From Eledone cirrhosa (lineage: Eukaryota): DNA of 64,000 nt. A program made the translations under genes and the position numbers. Below the pieces are notes generated by a model. The model did not search any database, had not been told where the DNA came from, and was given only the letters and a program-made list of their open reading frames with translations. Of the stretch, positions 54,396 through 64,000 are shown piece after piece (the stretch's first letter is position 1; each line of letters opens with the position of its first letter). The stretch lies in assembly GCA_964016885.1 (NCBI GenBank), contig OZ024740.1, positions 148,614,001 to 148,678,000 on the forward strand. Direction: 5' to 3'.

Positions 54396-54698
54396 ATGTA
54401 TGTATCTGGATACAGCACTCATTTAAAATCACATAAAAAGCCAACTGTATGCAACTCTATTCCCCCAATGCTAGGTAAGACGACATGTGTGATGTGCAAA
54501 AAGTTCTGCAAATCAATCACTGGTCTTAAAAGGCATATGAGGGTACAGAAAGATGACATCCCACAAACTGACCCAATCAATCCAATAGAGGGTACATCTT
54601 TTATCTGTCACATTTGCTGTAGACCGTGCAAATCTAATGCTGAACTTAAAAGCCACCTAAGAGGCCATGAACGGACGTTTGGAGTTGGTGACGGTTGA
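54396..54698 (+). mobile_element. Two C2H2-type zinc fingers, probably the 3' end of an RTE/BovB-like LINE
   Basis: CVMCKKFCKSITGLKRHMRVQ and CHICCRPCKSNAELKSHLRGH, no TGEKP linker, short tail running into (TA)n, intronic. Confidence 0.5.
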
Positions 54699-54731
54699 TG
54701 GGGATGGATAGGGAGACAGACGGCAATGACC

Positions 54732-54794
<63 letters not shown>

Positions 54795-55666
54795 GCATTA
54801 AGGATACTATCTATGGTTATGTATATACTAAAACCTTTTATAGTTATATATATATTATATCCTAAATAGTGAAAGACAGTAATTTATTACTATCTTATTA
54901 TAACCTTATATGATGAGAACTCATTTGAGACACCATTAATGTACTTTAGGATAATAAATTTAACTATAGAAATCAGCTAGTTACCTCCCCTTACACATTA
55001 ACTCCCCTTAATCACACACACACTTCCGGAATATAATACGATGTCATCTCTCACAACAAAAACAACCTGATCTATGAATCGAAATAAAGAACGACAAGCT
55101 GTGATGTTCTAGCATGGTTCACCAGGCACTCAATGTTGAATTATCGTGGATTATGTGATGGACATGTAGTTTATAAATTGCGTTTCCCGGATTGTGAGAG
55201 TGGTGGTGTATACGAAGACAGTGATGCTGTTTTGCTTCTCATTTGTAATATTTTTGATATTTTTGGTGTTTCTCCACACACGGGCTTCTATATCGTACAG
55301 GTGTGTGTAAATAATGCTTAACCAGTTCACACCATGATGCTCTTGCCTGCTTTGACTGCTTGTTTTACTTGTAACAATCTGCCGCACTATAATCTTGTAT
55401 AAATAGGACGCACGTGCATGCCACACGTGTGACTATTGCATACACTGGCTACTCCAAACTTTCCTTTTGCTTTATCTTAGGGGACTGCCTATGTTTTATT
55501 TTAATTTTAATTTTGTCCTTTAATATGACTATAATCTTTGTATGTAAATTACCATGCTATATTATTATAATGGATGTCAACCCACTGTGGGTCAATATAT
55601 ACATATGTTTCTATATGTCTCTTGTGTTGAAAAGGAGGTCAAGTATGTTAAAAATCACTGAATAAT

Positions 55667-55713
55667 TGCTCCGAAGAATCCAAAACTCGGTTTGGAAGAA
55701 ACAATTGTAAGCA
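55667..55713 (+). ncRNA. Hammerhead motif, U4C core
   Basis: tgct CCGAAGA a tccaaa actcgg tttgga a GAAA caattg TA agca. Confidence 0.7.
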
Positions 55714-55745
55714 GATAAATGATTTAAACAGAACTTTGTTTCATG

Positions 55746-55828
<83 letters not shown>

Positions 55829-56037
55829 CGTATATACTTTTGTGCGCACGCATGTGTGCGAGAGTGTGTGTGTGTGTGTGTGCGTAAGTTGGTTTTTCCT
55901 TTGTTTGTCCAAAGTTATGAATGAATGTAGTTAGAATGTAATCGAGTTATCTGCTGTAAGAGTGTAGAGGTGTCAACTAACCAACGCAGGGAGGTAGTGC
56001 TATGTATGTGAAACTTTGCGTACACACAGATAAATAG

Positions 56038-56159
<122 letters not shown>

Positions 56160-56599
56160 TGTCGCAAGGTATATATGATCGTAGCCTCATCTCATTTCGT
56201 TGTATCTCCATAAGAGTAACGGCTTCGGGTACAACCGCAAGCGTGTCAACTGTGAATTGTAGTGTCACAGCGTGCAGTGAGAGAGGTAGAACAGAGAAGT
56301 GTTGGTAGTCGTGGCGTGAGCATTTGTGAACTAAATGTTGGGAAACAATCAAAACCGAGGGTGCCGCAGCACCTGCACTGGGCACCACGCAAACTGAGTC
56401 GAGTTCCCAGCTGATACAAGCACACATACAGGGTCAGCGGGAGCCATGCATGTTTATACCGGGCATGGCATTTTAGAGCTCCCAAACATTCGCAAGCAGG
56501 TCCACAGGTCGTGCAAGGGTGACGTCTACTAGATAATGTTGCTGATATGTTTGATAATGCTTTTCTCCTCCTTCTTGCTTCTTGTAGTCAATGGATACA

Positions 56600-56900
56600 C
56601 ACGAACTCAAAAATTTCTGATCCCACTATGAGACAGATTTGTAGTTATTCTGCTGTAAGGCTATATGCTCAAATGTTTCATAAGATATATTAGTTGCTGA
56701 AAGGTTACTCTTAAACTTGTTTGTACCCGAGCCACAGCCGTCCAAGATTTTTATATCCTCCATCAAGCTCGCTGTACATGAATAATTATGATATTCTTTT
56801 CTCATTCTGGCGATATGACCAGCCCAACATAGTTTTGAGTTCATAAGAAAGGTTCCAATGCCTTGAGTCTTGCAGTTAAAGGAAAGGTCAGCGTTAGATA
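56600..56900 (-). mobile_element. RTE-clade LINE C-terminal fragment
   Basis: GIGTFLMNSKLCWAGHIARM. Confidence 0.65.
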
Positions 56901-57059
56901 TTTTGTCTTCGAGCAGGTACCCACAGACTGCGCGAAGACAACCTTTACGAAAAACGTCTAGATCGTTGATGTGTTATATTTATATACATACACACACACG
57001 CATACACACACACACATATACACACACACATACACACACACGCACAGACACACACACAC

Positions 57060-57147
<88 letters not shown>

Positions 57148-57225
57148 ATGTGTGTGTACACACACACACACACACACACCACATATATATATATATCGCT
57201 TTTTTTATCACCTTCTCACTCTCAC

Positions 57226-57371
<146 letters not shown>

Positions 57372-57452
57372 AAAGCTATATTGGTTTTAGACTTAAATTT
57401 CTTTTAAATTTTTCATATAAAAATATATTTCCCGTTCTTTTTGCTCTCATAG

Positions 57453-57734
57453 GTAAAAGTCTGGTTTCAGAATAGAAGGATGAAATGGCGTCACTCACAA
57501 CAGCAAAAAGATCAGAAGTCTGAAAACGATCGAAATGAAAACTTAACAGAGAATGGAAAAGAGAAATCAGAATTGGCAGACAGCTCTAAAGAAATAGATT
57601 ACGACTCCAAAGATTCCAGTGATTCATCAGACAACGAGGAAATGGATGTCGAAAATGATATGGAAAGTCAGAGAACAATTCCAATTTCTGTAACAATGAC
57701 GATGCCACAATTGAAATGTGAAAAAATTGATTAA
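57453..57734 (+). CDS. Hlx: Hlx last coding exon (homeodomain helix 3 and acidic C-terminus)
   Basis: ttctttttgctctcatAG|GTA AAA GTC TGG TTT CAG AAT AGA AGG ATG AAA TGG CGT CAC TCA = VKVWFQNRRMKWRHS...CEKID*; phase 0 join to DAQ. Confidence 0.97.
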   Translation, partial: VKVWFQNRRMKWRHSQQQKDQKSENDRNENLTENGKEKSELADSSKEIDYDSKDSSDSSDNEEMDVENDMESQRTIPISVTMTMPQLKCEKID

Positions 57735-58015
57735 CAACCAAGCCTTACTCTGTTTTCAGAGACAAAAAAATATAAATAAATAAAAATAATATTAATAACG
57801 TTGTATACTTCATTTTCAAAATGTACTCATAGAATAATTGAGTCAAAATACAATAAGATCAGAAACAAAAACAAAATAATATTTTTTTTAAAGAAGAGAC
57901 ATAATATATATTATAAATACAAGCGTTCAACTTTTATTTTAGTTTATCTAAGAGGGGATTTTGATAAACCAAAGGGGCCTTTATATAGCAAACTTCTTTG
58001 AAGTATTTTGTACAA

Positions 58016-58021
58016 AATAAA
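58016..58021 (+). terminator. Candidate Hlx polyadenylation signal (alternative at 57775-57780)
   Basis: AATAAA after an AU-rich 3' UTR containing tttgtaca. Confidence 0.4.
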
Positions 58022-58844
58022 TTTGTATCATTTGGACTTAAAAGCTGTTATTTATTCGCTTAACGCGCTTCATCATAATTCTTATCATTCTTATGGCTTA
58101 CATGAAAATATATGATCTTGTAAATGGTATAAGACAGTTGTATAGCTGGTGCTGTTAAAAGGAATATTTATAGAAGCAGGAATACAGAGCAAGATAGTGA
58201 CTCGTTGGTGACTCACTGATCAACATTGAATAGTATGAGTCTGTAGTGCTATGATTCTGGTATGTTAATGTAGATTTGTTTCTTCTGCTGGCTAGTGAAT
58301 GTATTTCTGTGTTTGTTTTATTTATTGGGTTAGGGTCAGTTGTAATCGTCTTTTGATTAATGCTAGTACAAAAGAAAAAACATTATCTAGGTGCAATTTT
58401 TTGTGGGTATTATTGAAGGTGATGTGTTGCGATGCGTAATGGAGTGGTTCTCTGTTTTTGTAGATTTTTTATATCCTCTGTCTTGGTTCTATATATATAT
58501 ATATAGTGTGTGTGTGTGTGTGTGTATGTGTGTGTGCGCGCGTATGTGTGTGTGTGCGTGTGTGTGCGTGTGTGCGTGTGTGTATGCACGCACATATACA
58601 GATTTTTTTTCTTAACTTGTTTGCTTTTTCCATATATATATATATATACATACACACCCACACTGTGTGTGTGTGCGTGCGTGTGTGTATGCATGCATAT
58701 ATACATACATACACATACGCACGCACACACACACAGTGTGGGTGTGTATGTATATATATATATACATATATATACACACACACATATATATATATGGAAA
58801 CAGCAAACAAGTTAAGAAAAAGATCTTTACCTACTCACTTTAAT

Positions 58845-58922
58845 GTCCCTACTGCAGTTTCATTAGGAACATAACAGTATTCCGAATGGAATATCGTGAA
58901 AAATCCTAAATCACCAGGAGAG
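58845..58922 (-). ncRNA. Hammerhead motif (A6G) within an inverted-repeat insertion (about 58795-58990)
   Basis: - strand: ctc CTGGTGA tttagga [loop] tcctaat GAAA ctgcag TA gggac attaaa. Confidence 0.65.
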
Positions 58923-59728
58923 TTTCTCTGTACAGAAATAGAGACTTTAAAGTGAGTAGATAAAGATTTTTTTTCTTTAATTGTTTGCTTTTATATATAT
59001 ATATGATATTATTAAGCTCTGAAACTGTTAATTTTATTAGCTATCTCATTGAACCAAACTCAGTATAGGTTCGACCTTCAGTATCTATCTATACTTGTAT
59101 CTATACGCGTATAGAGATATGTATACCTCTTCATTTAATATATACAGAAAAGGAAATTTTATAAATGGAGACACGCTCTCATCATTTATTTATCAACGTG
59201 AATTGAGGCTCAATGTGTTATTATTATCAGATCAAACGAATCCATTGAATAAGACCCGAACTGAATATAAGCCGTATCACTTAACATAAATAAGCTTTGA
59301 AGAAAATAACCAGATTTACGCAGTTCAAAACAGTTATTTTTCTACAATGTGTCAATTTTTGAAGATAAATTTACAATTAATAAATAATTGAATAGTTAAA
59401 TATATAGTTAAATATATTAATAATGGGATACTCATAAATATTACACATCGATTTGTCTTGAAAAATCATGTCAGCAAAACAATGGATTAATAAAGTTGAA
59501 AAGTTTCTTTGTGTTAAAAAATATGAATTAATAATAAAAATAAAAATAAATGTGAATAAATGTGAATAATACAAACGGAAAATTCGTTCCAACTACAGCA
59601 AGCTAGACTAAACAATAAGAAAAAATATGTGATTCAGTGAAAACGTGACGGAGGAAAACAGTTATTTTAATAATAAAATGTTATACAAGCAAAGGGAGAT
59701 AACAACTGTTTTTACTTTAAGCACAAGC

Positions 59729-60196
<468 letters not shown>

Positions 60197-60542
60197 AATA
60201 AATATGAATAAATTCCTTTCTTCACATTTTTTAATGTACCTACCAAAACCCGGATGTGAACTTCCAGAAACCTATCGAAGATATTTATCGATTGATATCT
60301 AATATCTATCGATCAGGTACAGGTTCGTCTTTAACATGTCTGTATATTCGTTGTTGTAGTATTAAGGTGAACGCCTCTGGTCGCACTTTTCATCGTGTCA
60401 TATTACCTAACTTATGTTGATTACTCTGAAGATTAATTTATTGATTTCTCTCTCATTGAGTGCTTCGTGGCCACCTCCAAAAATCGATTGCGAACCTGTT
60501 CCTTGCAGATGCAACTTCTGTTATACTCATTTTTATCATCTT

Positions 60543-60585
<43 letters not shown>

Positions 60586-60651
60586 ATCATAAATTTGAAG
60601 ACTAACGTTTTTCGAAATATTTACTTCTGCGTTCACAGATTGATTTATTTT

Positions 60652-60702
60652 AGCTTCAGAAGATCCCGTTAAAGGTGAAAGCAGCGATTCTTTGCTTAAA
60701 CT
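60652..60702 (+). ncRNA. Hammerhead motif, U4A core (family of 7614-7664)
   Basis: agctt CAGAAGA tccc gttaa aggt GAAA gca gcgattctt tgc TT aaact, then AATAAA and a microsatellite. Confidence 0.6.
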
Positions 60703-60728
60703 TTAATCCGTTATTTTAATAAATATAT

Positions 60729-60768
<40 letters not shown>

Positions 60769-60879
60769 GAAAATGTTAGACCCCGTTATTTATATACTTT
60801 ACCGGTTTTACAATTCTTACGATTTTCAAAAGTAAAATTGAGATGTGTGTGTCTGTGGGAGGGGGGGGGGGGTGTTCTG

Positions 60880-61380
60880 TTGTGATTTCTTCCCCTATGG
60901 CTTGAATTTTGTCAGAACTTTCTATTGAATGAAGTAATTCACATCTGCATCATTGAGTGACCATATGTGGCTTGCCAGCTTTGTGGACGATCGATTATGT
61001 CTAAAGGTCGTTTGGTCGTTAAGGAAATGTTCTTTAAACCGGCGCTCTGACATGTTTACATATGATTTGACCTCCTGCTGTTGGTTTGGTCGAATGGATG
61101 TATCTTTTGCCTCATAGAGTATTGTGGGTATTTTACACTGTTGTTGGAGAAGGCATGCTTATGGCCTTCTGCAAGAGCATCTGGGTGGGGGAGAGTACTT
61201 GGGGTTGGTGGTGATGTGTGCCTTCATAATTTGAGCACAGGAATATCCGAGTTTTATCCGGTGTCTACTGAAGATAGATCTGCATTTTTGTCCCATGGGA
61301 AAGTGTTTGTCTCGGAGTGCCAAGAATTTCCTACCTATATTGCTTCTAACACTCAGTAAGAAGCGTATACAAAACCACAT
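60880..61380 (-). mobile_element. Penelope-like element remnant (linker, Cys motif, GIY-YIG endonuclease)
   Basis: WF...VRSNIGRKFLALRDKHFP...IFSRHRIKLGYSC...CSCR..*ACLL..C...ILYEA...KSYVNMSERRFKEHF...STKLASHIWSL, matching the PLE linker/GIY-YIG pattern, with stops. Confidence 0.85.
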
Positions 61381-62109
61381 TATTTTTTTTTATTTCTACT
61401 TCTCTTTGTACTGGTAGCATGATTAGGAGGAGAGTAAGAGGTTTTAGGAAATTACAAGTACAATCCAGTAAAAATATGTAAAACATTCCTCAAATTGTGC
61501 ATGTAATAACTGCATGTACGCATATGCAGACATATAACTTAAAACATACACATCCATATATACAATAATATCCATACCTGCACACACAAGCACGAATGCA
61601 GACATGCATACATATCTATCTAGTTGATGTTGTTTAAATACCAATGAAAAAGTCTTGTATCTATGTTAGAAATCGACTCTCTTTCTATTGATAAAAATGT
61701 ATAAAATCATAAAACCAGAAGAACATACATACATACATGAATACATATGCAAATAAATATAACTAATCTGTAACTGTCTGGCATATTTTGCACATTAGAA
61801 ATAAATAAAATATCAGAATCTTTCAAATGCAGATTTTTCCGTCGAACAAATATGAGAAATAAAAAAAGTTAATGACTTAAACGTGTGTTTTTAAATTTGC
61901 AACTTTAACATATTGGCTTAGGACAGATTTGGGCCGATTGTAATGGGATCACCCAGTAGATTATGTCCATGCTAGGGCACCCCCCTTTCTTTAGTCTATC
62001 ATACTGACAGCAGTACCTACTTTTCATGTCTGTTACTTATTTTAGGGCTCTCTATTATTTGGAAAGCCCAGAGTACTGGACGTGAACGCAGACACTAATG
62101 TAAACATAA

Positions 62110-62176
<67 letters not shown>

Positions 62177-62213
62177 CGCGCGCATACACATACATATATG
62201 CACATACGCACAG

Positions 62214-62291
<78 letters not shown>

Positions 62292-62293
<2 letters not shown>

Positions 62294-62486
62294 GAAAAGA
62301 GTCAGGACCCCGACGGCTGAGCTCCGGCTGAGCTCCGGCTGTTTCGACAGCTAGATCTAGATGTCGAAACGGCCGGAGCTCAGCTGTCATGGTCCTGACT
62401 CTTTTCCTATTACCCACTCAACTACCCAAAGTATCGAGTACTCTGGTGCGTTATGGTCCACCTGGTTCCTTACCACACTTCCTTCG

Positions 62487-62490
<4 letters not shown>
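62292..62490 (+). mobile_element. Fold-back insertion of the 53470-53684 family with a hammerhead 3' half
   Basis: aggaaaagagtcaggacc...gtttcgaca gctagatctaga tgtcgaaac...ggtcctgactcttttcct; the tail is the reverse complement of 53475-53556. Confidence 0.8.
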
Positions 62491-62558
<68 letters not shown>

Positions 62559-63113
62559 TCATGTTATTAAGGTTAAATAGTGACCCTTATTACAGGGTCA
62601 TCAAACAAGAACTAAGGTTTCAATAGCAGGCACAGTATAAATAAAGGAAAACTAGATGTGACGGAGGGGGATATAATGACCCCTTTTCAATACCCCCCCC
62701 CCCCTCCCTGCCACCTAGAGTCTTTCTTTTTTTATGCTGTGACTGCTATTCAAACGTTAGTCTTTGTCCGATGACTGTTATAAACAGGAGAAACTTCAGA
62801 GTATTAAGTGTTTCTATTGTAGGCATAAGGCCAGCAATTTGGAGGGGAGGGAAAAGTCGATTAAATCGACCCCACTGCATTACTGGTGCATTATTTATCG
62901 GCCCCGTCAGGATGAAAGGCAAAGCTAACCTCGTTACGATTTGAACTCAGGTCGTATAGGGCCATAATGCTATGTTGTAAAGCATGTTGTCCGACGCTCT
63001 ACCGATACTGTCAATCCAGTAATAAGGCTCACTACTTAGCCTTAATACAATGAATATCAAAACTCTACTTCGGTATTGAGTACTCTTTTTTCTAAGCCAT
63101 AAACCACATGTGG

Positions 63114-63171
<58 letters not shown>

Positions 63172-63256
63172 AAAAGGTAAACAGAAATAACAACACAATC
63201 GGTACAGTATATGGAAGGTATATATCAGGTTAACGCTTGATATAGCAGGAAGAGGG

Positions 63257-63292
63257 TCTTAACGTTTCGAACGCTAGTCCTTCATCAGAAGA
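63257..63292 (-). ncRNA. Minimal type-I hammerhead ribozyme motif
   Basis: - strand: tctt CTGATGA a ggac tagc gttc GAAA cg TT aaga; the tail ends at (CA)n as in the 16809 copy. Confidence 0.8.
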
Positions 63293-64000
63293 AAGAATGA
63301 GAAATAAGATAGATTGAGGGGACGAGCGGGTTGGAATTGGAAAAAAATGTCTTTAGATAAAAATAATAGGTCCATTCATGTTGACATCTCTTGCAAAACT
63401 GTTGGTGCTGACGTTTTGTGTATGATTTACCCACGCACACGACGTGCTTCTTCAATTTCCGTCTACCAAATTCTACTCAAATGTTATTTGTCAACTCGAT
63501 GGTACAGTGAGAGGCACTTGTGGTACAGTGGGAGAGAACCCAGACCCACATGAATATGAAGTGAATTCCTTATCCATAGAAGTACACATCTGCTTATATG
63601 TACAGAAATTGTATTAATTTTCTCTATACAAATTATATTTAGAGACTAAAATATTTAGTTTATCTTATAGTTATTTTGTGTAGTGTTTTCTTTTTAAGAA
63701 TCTTCATTCTGAGACCGTTCTCTGTCGTTATTTGGCAAAAAACCTTTTGCGATACTAAAACGCTAACGAATACCTTTTTCAGAAAATGTTATATTTATAA
63801 GAGAATTTTGATAATTGAAGTTCTTTCAATTTGAAATTTTAATTTCAAATGAATTTTATAGTATACGTGTTACCGACAGTTTTTCCGAAATTCAAACTTC
63901 ACTTCAACCATCAAATATTTAAGTGATTGATGCATAATTGTTATATATAAAATCTTTACGGCAAATGACTGAATCAATTCTGTACTGGAAGTCCGTAATT

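Noticed and set aside
54396-54698. Host C2H2 zinc-finger gene
   Set aside because: Only two fingers (one lacking its last His), no canonical linker, intronic with a retroelement-like tail.

Overview
This is eukaryotic, AT-rich, microsatellite-saturated DNA. The SINE content and repeat landscape suggest an octopus or other coleoid cephalopod (inference). There is one host gene: a + strand Hlx (H2.0-like homeobox) gene with three coding exons found (28617-28898, 40081-40268, 57453-57734); its first coding exon was not located. The rest is mobile-element debris: a decayed Tx1/L1-type retrotransposon (1-~3960), RTE-clade and mariner fragments, non-autonomous Helitron-like elements, many tRNA-derived SINEs and Penelope-like (GIY-YIG) fragments. 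The main hidden signal is about 20 type-I hammerhead-ribozyme motifs, read by eye, from many unrelated sequence families. Most abut (TA)n/(CA)n tracts, several lie in fold-back inversions, and several carry the compensatory U3-A8 core. One 593-nt non-coding unit is terminally duplicated up to the predicted cleavage site, a retrozyme-like architecture. Almost all ORFs in the supplied track are microsatellite artefacts.
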